A stretch of 64,000 bases of DNA from an uncultured Candidatus Micrarchaeota archaeon. GTDB lineage: Archaea > Micrarchaeota > Micrarchaeia > Anstonellales > Bilamarchaeaceae. Of the stretch, positions 54,975 through 64,000 are shown piece after piece. The stretch's first letter is position 1. Every line of letters begins with the position of its first letter. Where the stretch lies: the NCBI GenBank assembly GCA_903828955.1, contig CAIKOA010000014.1, positions 6,359 through 70,358 of the forward strand, read 5' to 3'. The notes under the pieces were generated by a model. That model was given only the letters and a program-made list of their open reading frames with translations. It was not told the DNA's origin and ran no database searches. The position numbers were made by a program, and so were the translations under genes.

Positions 54975-56741
54975 GTGGTTGAAATGAGCCCAAGAGTAGC
55001 AATCCTTGACCGCGACCTCTGCACCCGCGAAAAATGCGGCTACCAATGCGAGAAAGTCTGCCCGGTGAACCGGATGGGCGAGGAGTGCATCATTACGGAG
55101 AAGGACACGGGTTTCCCGCAAATAAGCGAAACCCTCTGCATAGGCTGCGGCCTGTGCGTGAAGAGGTGCCCGGTGAACGCAATAACAATCATCAATTTGG
55201 CTGCGGAAATGAGCTCTCCCGTATATTCTTACGGAAAAAACTCCTTTCGCCTCTATAACATTCCGCTTCCGCAGGAAGGCCTTTGCGGAGTGGTTGGAAG
55301 GAACGGGATTGGAAAAACAACTGCGCTCAATCTGCTTGCGGGGAAAATGAAGCCCAATTTCGGAGACAAGAGAAGGTCGCCCACGCAGGAAGAAATCCTT
55401 GCGGAGCTTCCCATTTCCGCAAGAAGGTATTTCGAAGCGGAAGGCGAAGGCGCCAAGAAGGTTTCCTACAAGCCCCAGATGGTGGACAAGCTCAGGGACG
55501 CGTTCAAGGGAACCGTTGCAACGCTCCTGAAAAAGATGGACGAGCGGAATGCATACGATGAAGCGGTGGAAAAGTTCTCGCTCCAAAAAATCCTGGACCG
55601 GAAAATCGGCCAGCTTTCCGGAGGGGAACTCCAGAGGGTCTCAATTGCGGCCGCATTCGTGAAGAAGGCATCTATTTACTATATTGATGAGCCTTGCAAC
55701 TATTTGGATATTGAAGAAAGGCTGCGCACCTCCTTAATCCTGAAGGAATTCGCAGGGGGAAGAAAGCTCATGGTTGTGGAGCACGACCTTGCAATCCTGG
55801 ACTACATGAGCGACTATATTTACATTTTCTACGGAGAGGAGCACGGATACGGGGTCGCTTCCGGAGTGAAGAACACGCGCACTGGAATAAATGAATACAT
55901 GGCGGGGTTCCTCACCGAAGAAAACATCCGATTCCGGGACCGCGAAATAAAATTCAGCGAATACAGCGAAGGGGCGACAAGCGGAAAACCCAAGTTCAAG
56001 TACGTGGGGATGAAGAAGAAGTTCACAGGATTTAAGTTCTCTTCAGATGCAGGGGACATTCGCGAAGGAGAAATAATCGGAATCGTTGGAAAGAATGCGC
56101 TAGGAAAATCCTTATTCGTAAAACTTCTCGCAGGAGAAGAAAAGCCGGATGAAGGCGAATCCGGAGAATTTACCGTTTCCTACAAGCCCCAGTACATCCA
56201 GCCGGAAAAAGATACGCTCGTTCTTTCCTTATTCACCGGAGAGGAAATTGACCAGGTAGTTGCGGAAAAAGCAAAGAGGGAGCTTTCCCTCATGAAACTA
56301 ATGGATAAGGAACTCAGCAAGCTTTCCGGAGGGGAACTCCAGAGGGTTTCAATCGCGCACGCGCTTTCCAGGAAGGCGGACATTTACCTTTTCGATGAGC
56401 CTACCGCATTCCTGGACATCGAGCAAAGGCTGCGCTTCTCGGATTTGCTTCGGCACGTAATAAGCGAAACCGACAAATCCGCATTCGTTGTAGACCACGA
56501 CATCGTTTTCGTGGATGCGATTGCAAACCGATTGATGGTTTTTGAAGGGGAAAGCTCGGTGCAGGGGCACGCAAGCACTCCGATGGAAAAAAGGGAAGGG
56601 ATGAACTCCTTCCTGCACATCGCAGGAATCACGATGCGAAGGGACAAGGATTCCAGAAGGCCGAGAATAAACAAGCCGGGAAGCGTCCTTGACCGCGAGC
56701 AGAAGGAGAAGAACGAGTACTATTACTCTGCTAAAGAATAG
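54975..56741 (+). CDS. abcE1: ABCE1/RNase L inhibitor-type ribosome recycling ATPase (2x4Fe-4S + twin ABC)
   Basis: N-terminal C..CGYQC..VCP and CIGCGLCVKRCP ferredoxin motifs and two ABC cassettes. Confidence 0.9.
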   Translation: MVEMSPRVAILDRDLCTREKCGYQCEKVCPVNRMGEECIITEKDTGFPQISETLCIGCGLCVKRCPVNAITIINLAAEMSSPVYSYGKNSFRLYNIPLPQEGLCGVVGRNGIGKTTALNLLAGKMKPNFGDKRRSPTQEEILAELPISARRYFEAEGEGAKKVSYKPQMVDKLRDAFKGTVATLLKKMDERNAYDEAVEKFSLQKILDRKIGQLSGGELQRVSIAAAFVKKASIYYIDEPCNYLDIEERLRTSLILKEFAGGRKLMVVEHDLAILDYMSDYIYIFYGEEHGYGVASGVKNTRTGINEYMAGFLTEENIRFRDREIKFSEYSEGATSGKPKFKYVGMKKKFTGFKFSSDAGDIREGEIIGIVGKNALGKSLFVKLLAGEEKPDEGESGEFTVSYKPQYIQPEKDTLVLSLFTGEEIDQVVAEKAKRELSLMKLMDKELSKLSGGELQRVSIAHALSRKADIYLFDEPTAFLDIEQRLRFSDLLRHVISETDKSAFVVDHDIVFVDAIANRLMVFEGESSVQGHASTPMEKREGMNSFLHIAGITMRRDKDSRRPRINKPGSVLDREQKEKNEYYYSAKE

Positions 56742-56786
56742 CTGGGCTTGCCGCTATAATTCCATATCACTTGATACAAAATTATA

Positions 56787-57365
56787 TCAGTAATAAATCG
56801 TATTCACCGAAAGGATTCTCCCGTTCGTATCCACTTCCACCATATACCCGTATTTAGAGGAAGGCGATTTCCAGTCCACTTTCCATCCGCTCGCATCGCG
56901 GTAAACAGTGGGGACAGCATCCTTGTACGCAGTGACGTACTTGTTTACGCTCGTAGTCCCGGTATTCGTGTGCGAGGCAATAATTGCCTCCTCATCAAAT
57001 GCGATTGCGCACCCTTCCCCTTCGCAGACCTTGCATCCCGAAGTAATGTACTCGGGAGGCTCGGTTACGAAGTTCTGCACCGGGTAATAATAGAAATAAT
57101 GTATTCTCACAGGGCACGGGGTTTTCGACCCTTCGGAAACGCTCGCCCTTATGCGGAGGTATTGCTCCCCCTGGTCATTGGCCTTGGTTTCCCAGTCCAT
57201 TATCTGGATGGAATCCGCATCCGGGTGCTTTGCCCTCAGGTCCTCCAGCACATAGGAGGTTGCGCCAGCATCCAGCGTTTTGCTTTGATAGAATTTCATT
57301 CCGGCTATAATTACTAGGGAAATGACGATGACCGCAATAATTGCGTACGTAAGCCTGCTTGCCAT
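56787..57365 (-). CDS. Membrane-anchored extracytoplasmic protein, hypothetical (Cys-containing)
   Basis: ORF track; N-terminal TM anchor AIIAVIVISLVIIAG. Confidence 0.5.
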   Translation of the reverse strand: MASRLTYAIIAVIVISLVIIAGMKFYQSKTLDAGATSYVLEDLRAKHPDADSIQIMDWETKANDQGEQYLRIRASVSEGSKTPCPVRIHYFYYYPVQNFVTEPPEYITSGCKVCEGEGCAIAFDEEAIIASHTNTGTTSVNKYVTAYKDAVPTVYRDASGWKVDWKSPSSKYGYMVEVDTNGRILSVNTIYY

Positions 57366-57418
57366 GTGCCCATTATCTCAGAAAAAGTTAAATAATGCTT
57401 CCCTAAAAGTATTTTGCA

Positions 57419-57814
57419 ATGGACCCCCAGAAATTCAAGTGGTGGAGCCTGTTCATCAACTCCTGCCTCGCCCTATTAATTATATCTGTATTGGCAGAGA
57501 TCGTTTTCTACGATAGCATCGCTTCCATGGGCCTGGAAGGTGCAATGGAAATCGGAGAGCTCCTCCTTTCCCTGGTTCTTCTTACCGACCTCACGATTTC
57601 GCTCGTGAAGGCAAAGGACCGTGGCGCATTCCTCAGAAAGAACGCAATAATGATAATCGCGGTGCTCCCCTGGGGATTCATCTTCCGCGCCCTATCCTTT
57701 CTGAGGCTGGGCGAGCTCCCAATTTTTTCAGAGCTCGCGGCAGGCGAAGCCGCAATTCTCAGCAGGGGCGCCAGGCTTGCGGCAAAAACAAAAGAAATGG
57801 TTGAGAGGTTGTAA
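57419..57814 (+). CDS. Small membrane protein, hypothetical
   Basis: ORF track; three hydrophobic helices. Confidence 0.4.
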   Translation: MDPQKFKWWSLFINSCLALLIISVLAEIVFYDSIASMGLEGAMEIGELLLSLVLLTDLTISLVKAKDRGAFLRKNAIMIIAVLPWGFIFRALSFLRLGELPIFSELAAGEAAILSRGARLAAKTKEMVERL

Positions 57815-57820
57815 TGTTCT

Positions 57821-60800
57821 CTAAAACCGATATCCCCCAAAGAGGATGAAACCCCCATAAATCTCTTTTGTCCTGCTCGTATCAAGTTGCCCGAGCCGGT
57901 CCCTGAACACTCTCTCGATGCTTCCGACTACTCCTTTTCCCCCAAGGTACCAGTCTTCATTGCTGGAAGTGGTCCGGACCTCTACCCCGCCCTGGTCAGT
58001 AGTCTCTTCGTAGTGGGTAATGGCGCTTCCTCTTTCCCTGGCCATCATTTCCCTTCTAAGATACTCGAGATCGACAGTAAAGGTAACTCCGGAGTGCCCT
58101 ACCCACATCAGCCTGAGGCCCGGGCTATACCTGATTGTGTCAAGGTCCTCTACCATTTGGTAAGTATTTGTCCCGAGCTCTTTTGAGAGCGCCAGATACG
58201 GTTGCACACGGCCTGGATAAGGGGCTCCCTTCCACCACGGCGTCCAGCCAAGAACCATGGCTTCGTAAACATTTCTCGTGACGTCAACTTTAGCGGTGCT
58301 GGCCCCAGGTTCCAACATTCCAGTAACGCTGCTGGATCCCGTGCCGGTAGGATATTCCGTGCCGGTAGGATATTCCGTAGTCCCGGTAGGCTTATACTCC
58401 AATGTTCCGCTGCGCCACATGCCGCCGACTATCGCCCCGATTCCCCAATCGTTCTCGGGAAGAGTCACGAATCCCACATCGAAATTCGGCAATCCCTTGG
58501 TGCTCCTTAAATCCTTTCTCCAATATTCCCCTGCCGCAAGCGCGAGTATGACGTGCGTTAATGGAACGACTACTTTCCCCCCTGCGGAGCCCCAGGGCGC
58601 AGGCTGGATGTTGAACGAGAGCGCGAATGCCCGGTCAACCTCGACATATGAGTTAATCAGTGCGCTCCACTGGGCAGGCCCGCCCCATATCGCTTCAATC
58701 CCCGCCCTTGTCGTCTTATCCAGCGAGTTCCATTCTATTCCCGCGGTTCCAAAGTAACTTTGCACTTCAATGAGCCCAAGTGCGGTCTGCATCGTCCGCA
58801 GAAGGGTCTGCTTTCTTTCCAGCTCGGTTATTGCCTGGCTCCTGGACATCGCCTGGTCCAGCCTCCCCGAATAAATAAGCTCGTCACTCTGCCTGCTCGC
58901 GCGGAGGTCCTGCAAGTCAGCCTCCACTCCGCGCAGTTCTGAGACCACTTTCTTCAGGCTCCACTGTGTTTCCATCAGCTGCCAGAGGCTGCTTCCCTGG
59001 AATCTTCCACTGTTCCATTCTGTCGCGCCAAGAACTCCCGCACTGCTTACCTGGCCGCTTCTTTCAGCCGCTCTTTCCGAGAGCTGCCTCCAGTCCCCGA
59101 CAAGGAACGCATCGATTATTCCCGGATCCCTATACATCGTGCCAAGCAAGCCGGAATTGCTCTCATCACTGCGTATCTGCGCCATTGCAAGGGTGTAGAG
59201 CTCATTTCCCCCTGGAAGCGCGGGAACATTTGCCCCCTGCCATGCAAAAGTGTATTCCATTGCACTGTCTATCCAGGATTTCTCGGCTGCAAAACCAACC
59301 TCTGCCCCCCTTTCCCCTATTTTTATCTTTCCGACCCTGTCCACTGTTCCGCCGCCCCAGAACTTTTCCGTTTTTCCTGCGGGGGCTTCTCCAGGCGTTG
59401 TTTCCCCTATGGTAGAAGTGGCGGAACCCCTTTGGCTCTCATCAGTTTTTACTTCCCTCCCAACAAGGGTGACGAATCCTACCGCATTCTTCATGCCTAA
59501 GAAACCTTTCTCGAAAAGGACGCTTATCCCTCCAGCATATTCCTTTGCTATCCTTTGTGCATCCCCTTCTTGCACCACCTTCCCCTGTTCATCCACCTGT
59601 TCCCCTCTTTCAAGGGTTGGCAGCGGCTCCAGGAGATTCGTCCTTGAAATGGAAGGCCTTCCTCCGGCGTTATATAGCGTCGCCCCAACCACTGAAGGCG
59701 AAGCCGGCGGAGGAGCCCCTCCTGTGAATAAATTTGTGAAATTCACCCCTATCAGGCAGCCGTACATATGCCAATTCTGCTCAGCGCCCGGAACCTCCGC
59801 ATTTGTTCCCGCTGCCTGCTCAACGCCCGAAACTTCATTAGGAGCTCCTCCCACTTTATACTTCTGCTTTCCAAAGAGCCCCCTGACGCTCCCGTACTGT
59901 TCACCAGGCCCTATCTGGAATCCGGTGAATAGCCTTTGGACCTGCTCAGGGTCAAGGTCTATGTATCCAATCCTGTACCAGTCGCCCTTGATCCTTCCCC
60001 AGGTATACGCCCGTAACTCTTTCTCCGTAGGAATATTCTCTTCTGTTGTTGTAACCCCCGCCGTGGTAGTTTTTGTGACGTCTTCCTGCTCCTTTGCAAC
60101 TATCAGGGTTACCCCATCGGTATTGTGTTCCCGGGCATAATGCTCCAGCTGCGCCGTGATATTCTTATCGCTGACTTTTTGGTATGTTCCCTCTTCCCCA
60201 TGATAAATAAACGGCACGGGCTCTTGTAGCGGGTATTTTTTCTTTGTCGACCCCGGGGGCACACCCGGCTGAACAGTAGTAGGGGTCACACCCGGCTCAA
60301 TAGGAGGAGGGGGCACAATATCTGCAGGGGTTTTTGTTTCGCTTGTAGTTTCACCCCAGGTGCCGTTGACGCTTCCCGTAAACGAAACCCATCCGGGATA
60401 ATTTAAATCATTGAAAAGCGCATTGACACCCTGCCTTTCCTGCGTTGTCATTGTTTGCTCTGGAGGAGTGTATGTCTGTTCTGCGCCCTCGCCTTCCCAT
60501 CTTCCCTCAGCATTAGACTCGGTTGTCCCGGTTGTCACCGTATGAGCTCCGGCCGCCTTTGTCACCGGGCCGAACGCATATATTCTTTCAGTGCCCGTAT
60601 ATTTTGACGCGCTCTCGCTTCCTGTTTCATCCTCTACCGATTGTGCAGAGCCAGAGCCTCTTGCGTCAACCCCGGCGCGCTCTAGCCCCATGCCAGGCAC
60701 GTACCTTGGATATGGCACATCGGAGAGCAGTTCAAACAGCCTGCTGAGAGAGCCCGGGATGAAGCTGTTTACCCCATAGGTCCTCTCCGGAAGCAGTTTC

Positions 60801-63800
60801 GCCTTTTTTGGGCTGAAGAAATCAAAGAAATACTCGTGCAGGGAAGGCTCCCTGTTCCAGAGCGTTGCAAGCTCCGGGGGTGCAGAGGTCCTTATGTCTT
60901 CAAAGATCTGGTTCGCCTCAGCCTGATAATTCGCGTTGTCTTCGGATAGGGAGCCAAATCCAGACCTCGCTAAGCGGGCAAGGTCATATGCCCGCCTGTC
61001 CATTGCATCGGTTATGGCCGCGTCCTGGGGAGCCCTGTATATGGGTATCTCACCAGGGCGGATTGCGCCGCTCTTTCTTGAATATGTGTGCATGTAAGTC
61101 CTGAGTATTTCACCTATCGTCCTTGCTGCAAACATGCTCTTTTCCATGTTTGTCCCTTCATAGAGAATGGGGTTTAGCGTAAGCATGTCCTCAAGGACCC
61201 TCAGGTTCTCATTAAGCGCGTTTGCAAAAGCCAGGGGAACTACCACCATCATGTAGTCGGATAGCACCCTTCCTGAACCTATTTCCAGGTATGCGTTGCG
61301 GTTCGAAATCATGTTGGCAGTGGTATTTATCTTATTCAATATTGAAATTGCTTCCTGGTAGGAAGTTGCGGTTTCCAGTGCGAGCGGAACCGCATTCAGC
61401 ATGTACCCCAGGTGCCCGCCCCTGCCCATGTTCAGCAGTTGCGTCGATACGACATCCATAATCTGCTGAGCCGCCACTCCTTTATACCTTTGGTCGGTTT
61501 CGGTGTTTGCAATCTCAACCGTCCCGTCCACCGGCTTGGTGGTGTCAGTTAGCTGAAGCTCAAGATTGGTGCTCTTAAATGCCTTCCAGGTTACCGTGCA
61601 GAATGCACGCTGGGAAAGAAGGTCCATCTTTGAAAGGAAGGCTCTTGGCGCCTCCGAAAGCTTCCCGGTGGTTTGTTCCCTTTCGTTCTCCGGTTTCATC
61701 AGGTCGACAAGCTCATTAAGGTCATTCCTGCCCTCCATCTGGCTTATGAAATCCAGTTTCGCGTCTCTGAAATCATAGTTCTCCAGGGCATACTTGTGCA
61801 GCATGGCAAGCTTCACGATGCTCCTCGTTTCTGCGATAAAGCCGTCTCGCTCTCCGGGTGGAACTGCATAGTTGTGTTGCATCGACCCGACCGGAGCGAA
61901 GTCAAGCGTTGCCATCGCGCTCCAGTTGTATCCAAATACGGAATCAATCACATGCTGCGTAAGCGCGGCGTTTTTCCAAAGTATTTCTGCGATTTGGAAT
62001 ACTCCTGCTTCCATTCCGGAGCCAGCGTACTTCGCCCTCAGAGTTTCAAGCTCTGCCTTGTCCTTTGCGCCCACAACCTCCAGGAAAACATCCTGAAGGT
62101 GCGCGTTCCAGACCGAAGGGTCAACGCTTGAAGAGCGCTCTATGTATCCGTTGAAAGCCGCGATGACTTCGGCTATCGCTTTCTTCATTCTTTCAACATC
62201 AAACCCATCCGGCCCGACGAATTCTCCCATCACAAGCAGGAGCCTCATCACATTGTCGGCGCCTCCCAATTCAGGAGGTATGTTAAAATCTATATTGTGG
62301 TCCCTGAAAAACTGGTTCATGTCCCCAAGTGTGACCTTGCTGGCCGCCTTCTCTATTATCGCTCTCCTCTCTTCTTCGCTTATCCCTTTTCCCGCCTCTT
62401 CTATCAGGCGGTTTGCTTCCTCAGGGCTCTTGCCTTTTGCTTCTTCAACTGCATTCTCCATAAGCTTCCTGTTTCTTTGCTGTATCTGGAAAAACGGCCC
62501 ATTCTCCTTCTTTCCTTTGCCAAGGAGCTTGTCCAGCTCGTCCATCATGTATTTCTTGAACGAACTCAGCTGGTCCGAAGGTATGTTATCATAAGCAGAA
62601 AAGCCTTCACTCAGGCCCCCGCCATTTCTTGAAAGTGTATCCATGTTCATGAGCACATTGAACATGTATTTCATCTGCTTCTGGCCCTCATCCTGCTTCT
62701 CTTCTGAAACAGGCGCTTCCGCCCTTGCGCTCGCCTCTCTCTTGGCCTGGGCCTGCTTTGCCCTGGCCTCGGCCTGCCGCACGAATACGTCCAGATTGAA
62801 ACTAGCCCACAGCGCCCTCCCGCTGGCGTCCCCGTTCTTCTCAACTATTCCTTCCACTGCCTTCTTCAGGTCGCTATAATAGAGCTGCTCCTTCTTGCTC
62901 CAATTGCCGGTTTTTTTGCTGAGAATGTCCACCAGTGCAGCATTTACCCCGTTTGCGCTTATCAGGTTGTTTTTCATCAGCCAGTCCAGCTTCCACAGGG
63001 ATTCTATGAGCTTGGCATCGTCTCTTACATAACCAACCTCCTTAGAGTCCTTTCCGTAAGAAGGCATTATGTGCTCCCTTATCCCGTCCATCACTTCATA
63101 CTGTGCGCGCACGTCCCCCAGGCCTTCAACCCCCCTGGAAGCATCCATAACCGTCGTTATGAAAGAATCAAGGCTGAGAGCGGACCATAGCTTTTTCTTT
63201 GCACCTTCAGACATTCCCTCTATTGCTTCCTTCAGGCCCCAGTAGTAGCGTTGATCCGTATCTATCCATCCTGCCGTGTTCCCTTTGAGTATGTCAACAA
63301 TTGCCGCCTTAACTTCGTTTGTGCCTACCTTGCCTTTCCTTGCCCAGTAGTCTATCTCCCACAGCTTCTTTACCAGCTCAGGATCGCTCCTAACGAAGCC
63401 TTCGTAATCAGGATTTTCATAACAGGAAATGATTCGTTTTCTTATGTCCCCCATGAAAGGCTTCCAGTCGGCTACCTGCATCGCATCCAATAATTCTTTC
63501 ATATTGGTTATGCCGAGTTCATCTCTCCAGTAGTCTGGGCCTTCCTTTGCTTCGAGTTCAGGCTGCGCAGGCTTCGGAACCGTTTCTCCAAAACCTGGCG
63601 CAGGCCCTAACTTCTCCCCTGCCCTTATCGCCTTTGCATCTTCCGTGACCTTTGCCTCCATTGCAACATTTACGATTTCCGAGTTTATCTCTGCTATTTT
63701 TTCAGGGAAATACACGAAATTCCCTTTCCTGTCCCTCAGCGCCATGGTAAGCAGGCTTTGCACAAAAGGGTCTTGGAGAACTTTTGAAAGGTCTCCCCCC

Positions 63801-64000
63801 GCATTGGAGGAAATCATCTCGAACATTTTCAGGATTGTGGAGTATCTCGAGGCATCGGCGCCTTTCGGCTCAATGCAGACCGCGATGTCTGAAGCACAAT
63901 TGAGCGCATGGCGCGCATGGTCTATTTTTTTCGTATTCGCTTCAGGTGCAAACGCCTTCACGTTGTCAACCATCGGGTGTTCTGATTGCCCCTTGCGCAC
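57821..64000 (-). CDS. Giant protein (>2059 aa, N-terminus beyond window end) of unknown function with internal ~95-aa repeats and a TEYPTG tandem repeat
   Basis: A single uninterrupted ORF of 6.18 kb reaches the window edge; no catalytic motif recognised. Confidence 0.7.
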   Translation of the reverse strand: MRKGQSEHPMVDNVKAFAPEANTKKIDHARHALNCASDIAVCIEPKGADASRYSTILKMFEMISSNAGGDLSKVLQDPFVQSLLTMALRDRKGNFVYFPEKIAEINSEIVNVAMEAKVTEDAKAIRAGEKLGPAPGFGETVPKPAQPELEAKEGPDYWRDELGITNMKELLDAMQVADWKPFMGDIRKRIISCYENPDYEGFVRSDPELVKKLWEIDYWARKGKVGTNEVKAAIVDILKGNTAGWIDTDQRYYWGLKEAIEGMSEGAKKKLWSALSLDSFITTVMDASRGVEGLGDVRAQYEVMDGIREHIMPSYGKDSKEVGYVRDDAKLIESLWKLDWLMKNNLISANGVNAALVDILSKKTGNWSKKEQLYYSDLKKAVEGIVEKNGDASGRALWASFNLDVFVRQAEARAKQAQAKREASARAEAPVSEEKQDEGQKQMKYMFNVLMNMDTLSRNGGGLSEGFSAYDNIPSDQLSSFKKYMMDELDKLLGKGKKENGPFFQIQQRNRKLMENAVEEAKGKSPEEANRLIEEAGKGISEEERRAIIEKAASKVTLGDMNQFFRDHNIDFNIPPELGGADNVMRLLLVMGEFVGPDGFDVERMKKAIAEVIAAFNGYIERSSSVDPSVWNAHLQDVFLEVVGAKDKAELETLRAKYAGSGMEAGVFQIAEILWKNAALTQHVIDSVFGYNWSAMATLDFAPVGSMQHNYAVPPGERDGFIAETRSIVKLAMLHKYALENYDFRDAKLDFISQMEGRNDLNELVDLMKPENEREQTTGKLSEAPRAFLSKMDLLSQRAFCTVTWKAFKSTNLELQLTDTTKPVDGTVEIANTETDQRYKGVAAQQIMDVVSTQLLNMGRGGHLGYMLNAVPLALETATSYQEAISILNKINTTANMISNRNAYLEIGSGRVLSDYMMVVVPLAFANALNENLRVLEDMLTLNPILYEGTNMEKSMFAARTIGEILRTYMHTYSRKSGAIRPGEIPIYRAPQDAAITDAMDRRAYDLARLARSGFGSLSEDNANYQAEANQIFEDIRTSAPPELATLWNREPSLHEYFFDFFSPKKAKLLPERTYGVNSFIPGSLSRLFELLSDVPYPRYVPGMGLERAGVDARGSGSAQSVEDETGSESASKYTGTERIYAFGPVTKAAGAHTVTTGTTESNAEGRWEGEGAEQTYTPPEQTMTTQERQGVNALFNDLNYPGWVSFTGSVNGTWGETTSETKTPADIVPPPPIEPGVTPTTVQPGVPPGSTKKKYPLQEPVPFIYHGEEGTYQKVSDKNITAQLEHYAREHNTDGVTLIVAKEQEDVTKTTTAGVTTTEENIPTEKELRAYTWGRIKGDWYRIGYIDLDPEQVQRLFTGFQIGPGEQYGSVRGLFGKQKYKVGGAPNEVSGVEQAAGTNAEVPGAEQNWHMYGCLIGVNFTNLFTGGAPPPASPSVVGATLYNAGGRPSISRTNLLEPLPTLERGEQVDEQGKVVQEGDAQRIAKEYAGGISVLFEKGFLGMKNAVGFVTLVGREVKTDESQRGSATSTIGETTPGEAPAGKTEKFWGGGTVDRVGKIKIGERGAEVGFAAEKSWIDSAMEYTFAWQGANVPALPGGNELYTLAMAQIRSDESNSGLLGTMYRDPGIIDAFLVGDWRQLSERAAERSGQVSSAGVLGATEWNSGRFQGSSLWQLMETQWSLKKVVSELRGVEADLQDLRASRQSDELIYSGRLDQAMSRSQAITELERKQTLLRTMQTALGLIEVQSYFGTAGIEWNSLDKTTRAGIEAIWGGPAQWSALINSYVEVDRAFALSFNIQPAPWGSAGGKVVVPLTHVILALAAGEYWRKDLRSTKGLPNFDVGFVTLPENDWGIGAIVGGMWRSGTLEYKPTGTTEYPTGTEYPTGTGSSSVTGMLEPGASTAKVDVTRNVYEAMVLGWTPWWKGAPYPGRVQPYLALSKELGTNTYQMVEDLDTIRYSPGLRLMWVGHSGVTFTVDLEYLRREMMARERGSAITHYEETTDQGGVEVRTTSSNEDWYLGGKGVVGSIERVFRDRLGQLDTSRTKEIYGGFILFGGYRF

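Noticed and set aside
1-64000. CRISPR array
   Set aside because: No series of regularly spaced direct repeats was found. The only tandem nucleotide repeats are an 18-nt in-frame repeat inside the giant ORF (~58341-58376) and the duplicated hicB promoter.

Overview
This is a compact, gene-dense archaeal chromosomal segment (coding on both strands, short intergenic spaces, 4-nt overlaps between operon genes, TATA-box/leaderless promoters). Most of it is housekeeping. It includes the classic archaeal exosome superoperon (sdo1-rrp4-rrp41-rrp42-L37ae-Pcc1-prefoldin beta), the L1-P0-P1 ribosomal cluster, aIF2beta-aIF1A-Rio1, argS, argF-carB-carA, aspS, asnS, Alba, ABCE1, purA, ahcY with an MTA/SAH deaminase, IDI-2, thioredoxin and two tRNAs. 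A MacB/FtsX-type ABC operon with a CARDB-like secreted protein and a duplicated HicB-HicA-HicB toxin-antitoxin cassette are embedded in it. The stand-out region is about 17.2-26.4 kb. A Bat-like HTH_10 regulator is followed by a small repeat protein and then two tandem paralogous ~530-aa Cys-rich proteins of no recognisable family. A convergent HerA/FtsK-superfamily P-loop ATPase lacking a NurA partner lies downstream, with a divergent PLP-enzyme/membrane-domain fusion beyond it. Three transcription units in this region carry the same CCGCTCTAGAGCGG-type palindrome immediately upstream of a conserved TATA region. This looks like a co-regulated, previously undescribed module. The window ends inside a giant (>2059 aa) protein of unknown function. 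All coordinates for non-ORF features are from manual counting and may be off by 1-2 nt.
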